This document shows positions 6,965 through 16,408 of a stretch of 29,743 bases of DNA, piece after piece (position 1 is the first letter of the stretch; every line of letters begins with the position of its first letter). Where the stretch lies: positions 1 through 29,743 of IMG/VR virus record IMGVR_UViG_3300031938_000019; one strand, given 5' to 3'. The translations under genes and the position numbers were made by a program. The stretch is from a virus (taxonomy: Duplodnaviria > Caudoviricetes). The notes under the pieces were generated by a model. It worked only from the letters and a program-made list of their open reading frames with translations. It had not been told where the DNA came from and made no database searches.

Positions 6965-7307
6965 CGCCGAGCCCCTTCGTGAGCTGGACCGGGAACGGGG
7001 GCGGGGGCGGAGGTTTGCCCTCCGCGATGTGATACCGAAGCGAGAGGATGTAGTCCGACGCGAGGCGGAACAGGCCCTCGGCGTTCTCCAGGCGGGTCTC
7101 GAGCCGCTGCTGCCGGTCCTCGAACTTCTGCGCCACCGCCGCGAAGTTCACGCGGTCGGCTGCCCGCTCCTCCTGCAGTTGATCGATGATCGTCTGCGTG
7201 TCGGAGGTCTTGTTCGCCTTCTTCGCGTTGCGCTGCACCAACCAAACACCGAGCAAGCCGAACGCGGGCGTGACGATCATGGCGACCGTCTGGCCCAGCC
7301 CGCTCAT
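6954..7307 (-). CDS. Single-TM coiled-coil protein with Pro-rich C-terminus (lysis accessory)
   Basis: N-terminal TM, QLQEER...RLETRLE heptads, GKPPPPPPFP; ATGA overlap. Confidence 0.75.
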   Translation of the reverse strand: MSGLGQTVAMIVTPAFGLLGVWLVQRNAKKANKTSDTQTIIDQLQEERAADRVNFAAVAQKFEDRQQRLETRLENAEGLFRLASDYILSLRYHIAEGKPPPPPPFPVQLTKGLGGDR

Positions 7308-7738
7308 TTGTGGATGCGGCGCGGCGGATTCACGCAGCGGCCGAGGGAGATGAGGACGGCTGCGAGGCTTGCCCAGGCGACGGCTGTAGTCCAATCTCGG
7401 GTCCAGATACCCTCGGTGACGCCGAGCATCAGCCAATAGACGGCGTAGATGCCGCCCCACAGGCAGATGACGCCGACCGCCGGGGCGAGTTCGATGTGCC
7501 GCTGCGGCGGGGTGAGTGCCTTGACGATGGAGTAGGCGCCGGCGCCGAGCCAAAGGAGCGCCCAGCCTCGCACCGGAACCCCTTGGTTGATCCAGGCCAG
7601 CGGCGGTCGGAGTTCGTCCGGGGTGGTGCACATGTAGGCGATGCCCTGCACGGTTAGAGCGACGCCGAGAAGAAGTAGGCCGGTGCCCCAGGGGCCGCCG
7701 GTTCCGATGAAGTGCTGCTTGTGCGCGTTCGTTGGCAC
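7304..7738 (-). CDS. Membrane protein (about 4 TM), holin-like
   Basis: Four hydrophobic segments; directly downstream of endolysin. Confidence 0.75.
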   Translation of the reverse strand: MPTNAHKQHFIGTGGPWGTGLLLLGVALTVQGIAYMCTTPDELRPPLAWINQGVPVRGWALLWLGAGAYSIVKALTPPQRHIELAPAVGVICLWGGIYAVYWLMLGVTEGIWTRDWTTAVAWASLAAVLISLGRCVNPPRRIHK

Positions 7739-7764
7739 CGACTGGTCCCCCGTGGACGGTGCGG

Positions 7765-8589
7765 TCAGCTTGCGGCGTCGGCGAACACCCGCCGCACCGC
7801 AGCCTCAACGTCCTCCGCGCTGATGCCCTTGGCCTCACCGATCGCGGCGATCACCGACGGCGCCAGCGCGGCGGCGAGGGCGGACTCGTCGATGTCACCG
7901 GAGGCGGCCACCGCGGCGGCGAGCTTCCGCAGCTCGGCCAGGGAGGTGCTGACGATGTTGTGGATGTCCTGCACTCCACCGTTGGCGCGACGCATCAGTA
8001 CGTTCTCGATGCGGGCGAGCTGGGCGGCCTGTTCTCCGGTCATGTCATCGTCCTCTGAATCGGGGTTGGCGAGCACGGCGGCGACGTTCGAGCGCATCGC
8101 GCTCATCGGCCACCCGTTGATGTCGACCTTGCGATCAGGCGCCCACTCCGAGTGGCCGCAGCACATGTCGGGACCGAAGCCGCCCAGGTAGCAGTACGCG
8201 GCGTTCACGCGGGGGTAGGCAGCGCGCTGAGCCTCGGTCCAGTCAACGCCGTCCGCGGCCTCAGCTTCGGTGCCGAACACCATCGAGTTGCCGACCAGGC
8301 CACGCCAGCCACCGACGCCAGCGTGGTTCGCCTTGCCCGCCGCCGTGACTACGGCAATCCCGTCGCGGTCGAGGTAGACGTTCGCCAGCGGGCCGGGCAG
8401 TCCAGGGCGACCGTTGAGGACGACGTTCAGCGACGGCCGGGTGGTGCTGTTGCGCGGGCCGGCGGTCCAGTGCGAGACGGAACCGCGCGGGGAGAAGGTC
8501 GAGGAGCCGCGAGTCTCCCAGCCGGGCACCAGTTCGACCCGCAGGCCGAAGCGAGCCAGGGCGGCAGGCAATCCGAGCTGGTACGGCAT
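7765..8589 (-). CDS. Endolysin, Amidase_2-type N-acetylmuramoyl-L-alanine amidase
   Basis: VPGWETRG, SHWTAG, ANHAG, GTEAE, CGHSEWAPDRKVD motifs; start at TGATG overlap. Confidence 0.9.
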   Translation of the reverse strand: MPYQLGLPAALARFGLRVELVPGWETRGSSTFSPRGSVSHWTAGPRNSTTRPSLNVVLNGRPGLPGPLANVYLDRDGIAVVTAAGKANHAGVGGWRGLVGNSMVFGTEAEAADGVDWTEAQRAAYPRVNAAYCYLGGFGPDMCCGHSEWAPDRKVDINGWPMSAMRSNVAAVLANPDSEDDDMTGEQAAQLARIENVLMRRANGGVQDIHNIVSTSLAELRKLAAAVAASGDIDESALAAALAPSVIAAIGEAKGISAEDVEAAVRRVFADAAS

Positions 8590-8711
8590 CAGAGATCCCC
8601 GGCCGGGTCGTAGGGCACCGTGCGCGGCTCGTCCTCGGGCGGGGTGGCGGCGTCGGCCATGCGACCGTCGCGTTCCCGGTTCCAGTCGAGGTGGTCGTCG
8701 GGGGCGGTCAC
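8589..8711 (-). CDS. Small acidic protein (40 aa), not in ORF track
   Basis: VTAPDDHLDWNRERDG...YDPAGDL; GTGA and TGATG overlaps at both ends. Confidence 0.55.
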   Translation of the reverse strand: MTAPDDHLDWNRERDGRMADAATPPEDEPRTVPYDPAGDL

Positions 8712-9454
8712 AGGATCGCCGTCCAGTGCAGGGCGACGGCCAGAGTCGAGGCCACCGGGTTTCCGCCGCGCTCACGGATCCGCCAACTGAACCCGGTGGC
8801 CGTCACGTCGGTGAGGTTGACCATCGCGTCCACGTTCTGCCCGTCGGTGATCTCGACCGTGAGCTGCACCGACCGGGGCACTGCGGTGAACGCCGTCGGG
8901 AAGCTGGTGGTCCCAGTGCGGTTGTTCGACCCCGACGCGATCGACGTGGTCACGTTGTCGGCCTGCAGGAACACGGGCGGCGCGGACTCGCTCAGCCACA
9001 CCCGCTCGTCGACCACGCCGCTGAGCGCCGTGCCCGAGTTGGTGGGGACGAGGAAGGAGAACAGTGGCAGGTCGAACGTCGTGGAGTTGCGGGTGATGTC
9101 GGGGGCGACGGGGGTGGCGGCTGCCGTGCCCTGGATGACGACCGGCTTCACGTCGTGTGTGGCGGTGGAGCGGCGCAAAACGATCCGGTCCCTGCGGAAC
9201 AGCGTCGAGTTGGTGTTCGGCGCGACGGCCACCGCCGTCGTCGGGGCGCTGCGGGAGTAGCCAGCGCCGCCGACGTTGGCGTTGCCGACCGCCAGAGTGA
9301 TCGTCAGCCCCGATGTCGCCCAGGCCAGCGGGCCGAGGGTGGCCGCGTTCTGCGGGCCGCCGATGACACCCGAGGGTATGGCGGACGGCAGGTGGCGGTA
9401 CCACTCGACCTCGGCCCAGGGGCTGCCGTCGAACGGGCCCGAAACGTCAGGCAT
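8708..9454 (-). CDS. Minor tail protein with C-terminal H-lectin/gp53-like domain
   Basis: GPFDG, RRDRIVLR, DLPL baseplate motifs; SFPTAFTAVP...VTATGF. Confidence 0.8.
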   Translation of the reverse strand: MPDVSGPFDGSPWAEVEWYRHLPSAIPSGVIGGPQNAATLGPLAWATSGLTITLAVGNANVGGAGYSRSAPTTAVAVAPNTNSTLFRRDRIVLRRSTATHDVKPVVIQGTAAATPVAPDITRNSTTFDLPLFSFLVPTNSGTALSGVVDERVWLSESAPPVFLQADNVTTSIASGSNNRTGTTSFPTAFTAVPRSVQLTVEITDGQNVDAMVNLTDVTATGFSWRIRERGGNPVASTLAVALHWTAIL

Positions 9455-9460
9455 GGTTGC

Positions 9461-11467
9461 TCACTTCCTCTTGATGCTGGCGAGCTGGGCGCCAACGGTG
9501 GCGAGCTGTCGCTGCGTCGGGGTGGGCAGCACGGCCTTCGCGTCGTAGGAGCCGATCGCGGGGCGGATGGTCTCGGCGCCTTCGTCGTTGACCTCGAGGA
9601 AGATCTCGCGGATGACGTCGGACACCACCGCCGGCTTCGACTCGCCGGGCAGCCCCACGTAGACGGTCACCTTGTCGCCGAGGCGCCAGTCGGTGCCGTA
9701 GGTGGCGGCGTCGGAGTCGGTGAGCGTCACCGTTACCGACACGGTCGGTTCGGCCTCGGCGAGTGCGTCGGCCGCTGCGTCGGTGAGATCGGCGGCCACG
9801 GGGGTGTCGCGGCGGTCGATGTAGGACCACCGCTGCCGCCGCCACTGCAACGCCAACGGATCGGCCGTGGTCGCCTGCCGCCGCATCCGTGCGTGCAGGT
9901 CGCCCTGGCCGGCGGCCAGCGCGTGCGTGATCGACGGCGCCGACTCCGAATACTCGAACCCGACGAGGTTGGACAGGTCCGCGGAGAACACCGCCGAGCC
10001 GGCCAGGTTGCGGGGCGCGGTGATGTCGGCCCGCAGCGAGCCCGGCGACGCCGTCATCCGCAGGCCGAGGTTCGCCCCCGACGTGACCGAGATGACCTGC
10101 AGCGTGCCGAGTGCGCTGCCTTCGCTGTCGAACAGCGCTGACCACTTCCGCGACTTACCGAGCCCCGGGTCGTCGCCGAGCACGAGGCCGGTGACCTGCC
10201 GGTCGGCGCGGGCCGTGGGGCCCGCCTGATCGGAGATGAGCTTCCGCATGGCCGAGGACGCCAGACCGCTGTACGTCCAGTAGTCGTTGACCACCTGATC
10301 GTCGGCGGCCCGCAGTGGGTCGGGGAACACCAGCCGGTCGGCCAGGTGGACCTCGTCGCCCTCGCAGTCGATCTGGATGACGGCCCGGCCGGACTCCTGC
10401 GACCACGTCAACTGGCGGTGCGTGACCAGCCCGGTGAACTCCTGCCGGCCGTCCCGCCAGAGCGTGACGCCCATGCCGGGGCCGAGTGCCGCCCACCGTT
10501 CGGCGGTGTAGTCGGTGGAGACGACGGCCTTGCCGACGCCGAGGTGGCGGACCACGATCTGCGCGGCCAGGATCGGCAGCGCAACTGTGGGCGCGTAGTC
10601 GACGCCACGGGCGAACATCGTCCACTCGTGGAACTTCCGCAGCACCGAGGGAGGAGGCACGGGAATCCCGTAGGTCGCCGCCGTAAGCGTCCCCGTGCCA
10701 GTGAAGCCGACTGCGAGGGTGTTGTTGTTCGGTGTGACCGTCGCGGTGAGCGAGCTGGCACCCGGGTAGACGGCGCCCGGGAACAGGGTCGATGGGTCGG
10801 GGTAGACCGCGTCGGAGAACGAGACGGCGATGGTGGCCGGCGCGGAGCCGATCGGCCCAACCCAGGCGCTGTCGTTGTCCTCGACCGCATCCAGGATGAC
10901 CGTCGTCTGCTGGGCGGTGACGATGCCGAGCGCGTGCTGGTCGACGGCACCGGCGGTGAAGGTGCGGGTACCGGTGTCGTAGCTGGCGGTCGTACCGTGC
11001 AGGTTCGCGCCGTAGAACAGGCGCACCTGCTGCACGTTGGCGGGCAGATCGAGGCGCCACTCGACGCGCACCCACTGGCCCACCGGGATGGTGCCGTTGG
11101 GCGCGGAGAAGACGTTCGTGCCGCCGTTGAACACGACCAGGGAGCCGCCGCCCTGCATCCGCAGGCTCGCACGGGTCGCACCCCCGCCGCGCGCCTGCGC
11201 GAACGTGAACACCGATGAAGGCGCCGTCGGGAGGTACATGTAGAAGCGGCGGTATAACACGGACTGCGCGCCCGCGTAGTTGATCCGCAGATCCCGAGCG
11301 GCCGACGTCGCGGGGGCGACCTGCGCGGCGACCACGCCGCCCAGCGGCACAACCGTGGCGTCGGTGTAGGTGATGTCGGCGGAGACGGTCGAGAAGCCGG
11401 AATCGACGGCCGTGACAGCAGAGCCGTTGGAACCACCCTCGAACGACCCGACGAACAGCGTCGCCAT
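9461..11467 (-). CDS. Minor tail (Tal/Gp37-like hub) protein with N-terminal ConA/LamG-like domain
   Basis: C-terminal AGQGD...YIDRRD...YGTDWRLGDKVTV; N-terminal IPVGQWVRVEW jelly-roll signature. Confidence 0.8.
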   Translation of the reverse strand: MATLFVGSFEGGSNGSAVTAVDSGFSTVSADITYTDATVVPLGGVVAAQVAPATSAARDLRINYAGAQSVLYRRFYMYLPTAPSSVFTFAQARGGGATRASLRMQGGGSLVVFNGGTNVFSAPNGTIPVGQWVRVEWRLDLPANVQQVRLFYGANLHGTTASYDTGTRTFTAGAVDQHALGIVTAQQTTVILDAVEDNDSAWVGPIGSAPATIAVSFSDAVYPDPSTLFPGAVYPGASSLTATVTPNNNTLAVGFTGTGTLTAATYGIPVPPPSVLRKFHEWTMFARGVDYAPTVALPILAAQIVVRHLGVGKAVVSTDYTAERWAALGPGMGVTLWRDGRQEFTGLVTHRQLTWSQESGRAVIQIDCEGDEVHLADRLVFPDPLRAADDQVVNDYWTYSGLASSAMRKLISDQAGPTARADRQVTGLVLGDDPGLGKSRKWSALFDSEGSALGTLQVISVTSGANLGLRMTASPGSLRADITAPRNLAGSAVFSADLSNLVGFEYSESAPSITHALAAGQGDLHARMRRQATTADPLALQWRRQRWSYIDRRDTPVAADLTDAAADALAEAEPTVSVTVTLTDSDAATYGTDWRLGDKVTVYVGLPGESKPAVVSDVIREIFLEVNDEGAETIRPAIGSYDAKAVLPTPTQRQLATVGAQLASIKRK

Positions 11468-11471
11468 AGGG

Positions 11472-11804
11472 TCAGCTCTGGCTGTAGGTGAGGGTGACGC
11501 TCACAGAGCCCGTGGAGGTGGCAGCCCCAGCCGACTTGTCGAGGAACGTGCCGCCCGACGGGGCGGTCCACAGCCCGACGTGGGTGATCGCCAGTCCGGC
11601 CGCCGTGGTCACGATCGCCGAGCCGGTCACCTGCCCGTCGGTCGGACCCGGAATCCAGGTGATAACGGCGCGCGAGTAGCCGCCGCCGGACACCTCGCTG
11701 GCGCCCGTGGTGCCAGGGTCGGCGGTGTGCAGCGAGACGTACGCGGCGGCCTCGCTGTAGGCGACCGCCAGGTTCTCCCGCTGAGTCGTCGTTGCGATAG
11801 CCAC
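11472..11804 (-). CDS. Minor tail/fibre protein (110 aa)
   Basis: YVSLHTADPGTTGASEVSGGGYSR...ITHVGLWTAPSGGTFL motif. Confidence 0.8.
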   Translation of the reverse strand: MAIATTTQRENLAVAYSEAAAYVSLHTADPGTTGASEVSGGGYSRAVITWIPGPTDGQVTGSAIVTTAAGLAITHVGLWTAPSGGTFLDKSAGAATSTGSVSVTLTYSQS

Positions 11805-11817
11805 CTAGACCGCCCTC

Positions 11818-12693
11818 TCAGATTCCTGCGTAGCGCGGGCGGTATGCCCCGATGATGCGTGAAGCGGAAGTGGCCCCCACCAACTGTGCAGACACCCGGT
11901 TAACGCCCTCGATCAGCGGCCACAGCGCGGGGTCAGACGCCAGCGCCGGCATCAGGTTCGTGCCGTCACCGCGCCGGATCGTCTGAAAGCCGGGGCGGGT
12001 GTCGATCAGCATCGACTCGCCCGCCGCCAGCGAAGCGTTGATCTGGATCTGCCGGCCGGTCGTCTGGTTCTCCAGCAGCAGCGACGAACCCGGGCCAACC
12101 ACCGTCCACTGCGGGAATGTCGGCGCGTCCGTGTCCGACAGGTCGACGGTGAACATGCCCTGCACCGACGACGCGGAGGGCTCCAGCGGGAAGATGGGGA
12201 AGAAGTTCGACGGCGCGTCGAGCGCGAAGGCGACCGACCGGGCCTCGCCCAGCCACCACGGTGACGGGGCGTAGAACTTGAGCGCCGCCTTCCACCAACT
12301 GCCCGCGAGGGTGGTGTCGCCGGACTCGTCGCCCTGCAGGCCGTCGGTGCAGTAGCAGTCGAGCGTCCGCGTCTCGCCCTCCGGGGTCGAGTAGCTGAGC
12401 AGACCCGACCCGGCCTTGGGGCGCATCGCGTGCACCAGCCCCCGGATCCTCGTCCGCAGCTCCGACTCGCCGTCGGCCTTGACGAGCAGTCCGAGGGTGA
12501 TCTCATTGCCCACCGCGCGGACGTTGCTGACGTTCTCGCCGTCCAGACCGGCGTACCGATCCGTCACCATTTCGTATGTGACGGAACGCAGGCCGCGCGT
12601 GCCGTTGGAGAGCACGCGGTAGCCAGCGCCCTCGTCGGTGAAGTCGAGGACGGTGGCCCCGTCAGCCGACGTCCACGTGATCCGGTCAGCCAT
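11818..12693 (-). CDS. Distal tail protein (Dit)
   Basis: Directly after TMP; FYAPSPWW, PQWTVVGPG, LWPLIEGVN. Confidence 0.85.
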   Translation of the reverse strand: MADRITWTSADGATVLDFTDEGAGYRVLSNGTRGLRSVTYEMVTDRYAGLDGENVSNVRAVGNEITLGLLVKADGESELRTRIRGLVHAMRPKAGSGLLSYSTPEGETRTLDCYCTDGLQGDESGDTTLAGSWWKAALKFYAPSPWWLGEARSVAFALDAPSNFFPIFPLEPSASSVQGMFTVDLSDTDAPTFPQWTVVGPGSSLLLENQTTGRQIQINASLAAGESMLIDTRPGFQTIRRGDGTNLMPALASDPALWPLIEGVNRVSAQLVGATSASRIIGAYRPRYAGI

Positions 12694-15600
12694 GCAGGAA
12701 CTCCAGATCCCGCTGCACGTCCCGCACCTTCGTTGCGATCACGCGGGCGTTCGACTCCGGCGCCGAGATGTTGATGACCTGCGACCGCGACTCGTTGCGC
12801 ACCACAGACCCTCCCCATCCGCTGCTGCCGGAGAACTCCCGGGACCGCATGTTCTGCTCACGCGGCACGACCCGCTCGCCCTGGTGTAGATAGGCCAGGC
12901 CGTCCTGCGGAACGAAGGGTGTCCCCGTCTTGTAGGAGGCGATGTGCGCGTGGTTGTAGTGCCCCGGCGCCATGAAGATCGTCTGGAAGCCAGCCGCCCG
13001 AGCCGCCGCAACCAACGGCGCCAACTCGTGCTGCTCCGCAGAGGACGTCCCCGCGCGGGTGTTGACGTCGATCGCTCTGCCTGAGTAGTGCTTCGAGCCG
13101 CGAACGTGCGCGCCAGGAGTGACGCCACCGAACGCGGGGTGCTCGGAGACGCGAGCGCCCATCGACTGCAGCCACCGGCCGAACCCGACCAGCGCTCCAG
13201 AGCCCAGCGTCGCCCTGCCGCTGTAACCCACGCCATCGGCGGGCTCGGCGTTCTTCATTGCGGACGCGACCGAAGCCATAGCCGCCTGAAGATGGGTGTC
13301 GTCGAACGAGACCGCGACCTGGGCTGGCGCGTACAGCGCTTCTCGGTGGTCGTTCGGATTGCCCTTCCAGCCAGCCGCGATAAGCCGGTTCCGCTCCTCC
13401 CATGAGATGTTGTTAGCGAGGACGTAACCGCCGTCCGCGTAGCCAGGCATCCCGACCAGCGAGCCGACAGCGCCAGGGCCGCCCAGGGCATTGACCCGGT
13501 GCTGCGGGACGACGAACTCGCCCGCGTGGACGATGCCGGCGGGCTGGTACTTGTGCCCCGCGCCCGTGTAGCCGCCCTCGGCGAACTCCTGCAAGCCGCC
13601 CTGCGGGTTGATGATGAACCGGCCGGCGGCCTTGACCTTGACCTCGACGGTCTTGCCGTGCAGGTTGTCGATCCCGCGCTGGGTGGCCGCGATCTTGTCG
13701 TTCGCCGCCTTCGTGTCGGCGTCGATCTTCGTCTGCCGCTCGGACGGGATGCCGAGGATCTGATTCGCAAGGTCCTTAGCGGCAGACTCGCTGATGCCCA
13801 TCTGCTGCGCGGACTTGATGAAGCTGGCGCGCAGCTCAGCGTCCTTGGCGCGCACCTTGTCAGTGCTGGCGCCCTGGTTGATCAGGGTGGCGATCAGGTC
13901 GTTTCCCGAGTCGCGGACGTTCAGCAGCACGTCGGCCGCCTTACGGCCAGCCTCCGACTGCAGGTTCAGCTTCCCGGACCCGTCGAGGACGTGGCCGTTC
14001 AGGTCCTTGACCGCGTCCTTGGCGTCCGCCACGGCCGACTGGAACGCCGATTCCACCTGGATCATGGAGACGTTGGCGCCGGTCAGGATGTCTAGCGAGA
14101 GCTTGAAGCTGTCGACGGCCTGCTTGGCGTCGTCGACGGAACTCTTGGCCTCGTCCATCGCCTTGCTGACGGCAACGGTCGCCTTGGTCGGCGTGGTGCC
14201 GAATTCCATCGAGTAGAAGTTCTGGAACAGGCGGTTGACTTCACTGACAGAGCCGGTCAGGTCGATGTTGTACTTGCTGGCGAGCGACAGCACTGCATCG
14301 CTGGTCATGCCGAACCGCTCAGCGAGAGCCCCCGCGCCGATGTCCACCTTGAGTTGTGCCGCCTCCGCCCGGTCCAGGGCGGCCTGGTACACGTCGAGCG
14401 AGTCGGCAACTCCCTGGTCGGTGAAGGGGCCCGACCAAAGCTTGTCCCAGATGCTGCGGTTCTCTATCTCGCCGCGGAGGTCAGTGACCTTGGACTTGAG
14501 CTGATCGATGGTGCCGTTGATGGCGTCGACCTGGGCACTGCCGCGCGCATCCGCGACCGCATCCCACATGCCGCGAACCTCGTCGCGGGCGTCTGAGGCG
14601 GCGGTAGCGAAGTCGATGATCCCGGTGATGGCGTAAGCGATTCCCGCCACGGCAGCAAGAGGCGCAGCGGTGGTCAGCAGGCTCATCAATGCGATCCGCG
14701 CAGTGCCAGCCGCGATCCCGAAGGCGGTGGTGGCGCCCGTAGCCATGCCCATCGACGTGACGGTGCTGACGATCCCGACAGCCACACGGGAGAACAGCGC
14801 GCCAAGTGGGCCGCGCAGGGCGACCCACCCGGCCATCGCCGCGAGGGCCACCTTGACCGGCCCGGGGAGGTCGGCGAACGCGCCCACGGCCCAGTTGACG
14901 CCATCGACGAGGCCGCCCAGCATCTGCACCAGATCGCGCAGCGGGCCTTGCGCGCCACTGCCGAGACTGATCATCAGCGTGTCGAAGGAGCCGCCCAGCC
15001 GCTCGAGGTCGCCCGAGAGGTTGTCGTTCAACGCCGCAGCCTGCTTCGCGGCGTAGCCCTGGTCGTTGACCTTGCTCGTCCAGTCGGCAATGCCCGCCGC
15101 GCCCTCCTTGTAGAGGACGTTCGCGGCGCGCACAGCATCCGAGCCGAAGATGGTGGCGAGGGCGCTATTCCGCTGCTCCTCGGTGAGCCCGCTGAGGTGG
15201 GCCTGCAACTGGCCGGCCATCTCGGAGACGCCGAGCATGTTGCCCTGGGCGTCGTACATGTTCAGGCCGAGGTCGGACATCAGCTCGGCGGCCTTGCCGC
15301 TCGGAGCCTGCAGCGCCTGCAGCATCGTCTTGAACGACGTGCCCGCATCCGAGCCGATGAGGCCGGCGGAGGCGAAGGCGGACAGAGTGCCCGTCGTCTC
15401 CTCGATCGACAGGCCGGCGGCGCTGGCGATCAGGCCCGACTGGTTCAGCGCGGCGCCGAGGTCGCCGACGGAGCCCATCGCCTTACCGGCGCCAGCGGCG
15501 AGCAGGTCTGCGACGTGGGGGAGCTGTGCACCGGACAGGCTGAACTGAGTCATCGCCACGCTGGCGATACCGGCCGCGTCCGCCACGTCGAGCTGGCCGG

Positions 15601-16030
15601 CAGCGGCGAGAGACAGTGCGCCCTTGAGGCCGCCGCCCATGATGTCCTTCGCCGAGACGCCGGCCTTCGCCATCTCAGTGATGGCGCCAGCCGCCTCGGT
15701 GGCGCTGTACTGCGTGTCCGCGCCGGCCCTCATGGCCGCTTCGCGCAAGTCGCCCAGAGTCCCGGCCGTGGCGCCCGTCGCGGCACCCACCGCCGACATG
15801 GACTTCTCGAACTCCATCGACTTCGAGATCGCCATCCCGAGGCCAGCGACAACCGCGGCGCCCATGACGAGGGCGCCCTTGCTGGCGAGGTCAAACCCGC
15901 CCTGCGCCTTCTTCGTGCTCGCCGACGACGTCTCGCCGAGGCGCAGCGTCGCCCCAGCGGCCTTGTTCATTCCGCCGACGTACTGGCCGACATTGGCGAC
16001 AAGGTTGACGGATACAGTGCGGGTTGCCAC
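12686..16030 (-). CDS. Tape measure protein (TP901-type core) with C-terminal putative Zn peptidase
   Basis: 1114 aa Ala-rich; YSATEAA, GSDAGTSFKTML, IFGSDAVRAA; SKHYSGRAID...HYNHAH. Confidence 0.95.
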   Translation of the reverse strand: MATRTVSVNLVANVGQYVGGMNKAAGATLRLGETSSASTKKAQGGFDLASKGALVMGAAVVAGLGMAISKSMEFEKSMSAVGAATGATAGTLGDLREAAMRAGADTQYSATEAAGAITEMAKAGVSAKDIMGGGLKGALSLAAAGQLDVADAAGIASVAMTQFSLSGAQLPHVADLLAAGAGKAMGSVGDLGAALNQSGLIASAAGLSIEETTGTLSAFASAGLIGSDAGTSFKTMLQALQAPSGKAAELMSDLGLNMYDAQGNMLGVSEMAGQLQAHLSGLTEEQRNSALATIFGSDAVRAANVLYKEGAAGIADWTSKVNDQGYAAKQAAALNDNLSGDLERLGGSFDTLMISLGSGAQGPLRDLVQMLGGLVDGVNWAVGAFADLPGPVKVALAAMAGWVALRGPLGALFSRVAVGIVSTVTSMGMATGATTAFGIAAGTARIALMSLLTTAAPLAAVAGIAYAITGIIDFATAASDARDEVRGMWDAVADARGSAQVDAINGTIDQLKSKVTDLRGEIENRSIWDKLWSGPFTDQGVADSLDVYQAALDRAEAAQLKVDIGAGALAERFGMTSDAVLSLASKYNIDLTGSVSEVNRLFQNFYSMEFGTTPTKATVAVSKAMDEAKSSVDDAKQAVDSFKLSLDILTGANVSMIQVESAFQSAVADAKDAVKDLNGHVLDGSGKLNLQSEAGRKAADVLLNVRDSGNDLIATLINQGASTDKVRAKDAELRASFIKSAQQMGISESAAKDLANQILGIPSERQTKIDADTKAANDKIAATQRGIDNLHGKTVEVKVKAAGRFIINPQGGLQEFAEGGYTGAGHKYQPAGIVHAGEFVVPQHRVNALGGPGAVGSLVGMPGYADGGYVLANNISWEERNRLIAAGWKGNPNDHREALYAPAQVAVSFDDTHLQAAMASVASAMKNAEPADGVGYSGRATLGSGALVGFGRWLQSMGARVSEHPAFGGVTPGAHVRGSKHYSGRAIDVNTRAGTSSAEQHELAPLVAAARAAGFQTIFMAPGHYNHAHIASYKTGTPFVPQDGLAYLHQGERVVPREQNMRSREFSGSSGWGGSVVRNESRSQVINISAPESNARVIATKVRDVQRDLEFLHG

Positions 16031-16099
16031 AAATCCCCCGCTCTGTCGTCAGAAGTTGATTGGTCACAAGCGGGGCGAAACGCGATACCGTGCCCGGCT

Positions 16100-16408
16100 A
16101 TGCACAGCAAACGACTCGCCGCAGCATCCCTAGCCGTCTTCGCATTGGCCGGGTGTGGAGGCAGTGGCGGCGAAGGCGGCGCTTACCGTGCGTGCGAACG
16201 GGCCGTCGAGTCGCAGCTCAAGTCGCCGTCGACCGCCGACTTTCCTGGCGCGACTGGCGCGACCATTACCAGCAGCGGTGACACCTACAAGGTGTCCGGC
16301 ACCGTCGACTCGCAGAACGGATTCGGCGCAATGGTCCGGTCAGGTTTCTCCTGCGAGCTACGCGAGGTCGACGACAATTGGAAACTAGTCAACGTCTCCG
16401 TCGCCTAA
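16100..16408 (+). CDS. Lipoprotein, antisense within tail operon
   Basis: Signal peptide with lipobox LAGC; LKSPSTADF...VDSQNGFGAMVRSGFSC. Confidence 0.85.
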   Translation: MHSKRLAAASLAVFALAGCGGSGGEGGAYRACERAVESQLKSPSTADFPGATGATITSSGDTYKVSGTVDSQNGFGAMVRSGFSCELREVDDNWKLVNVSVA

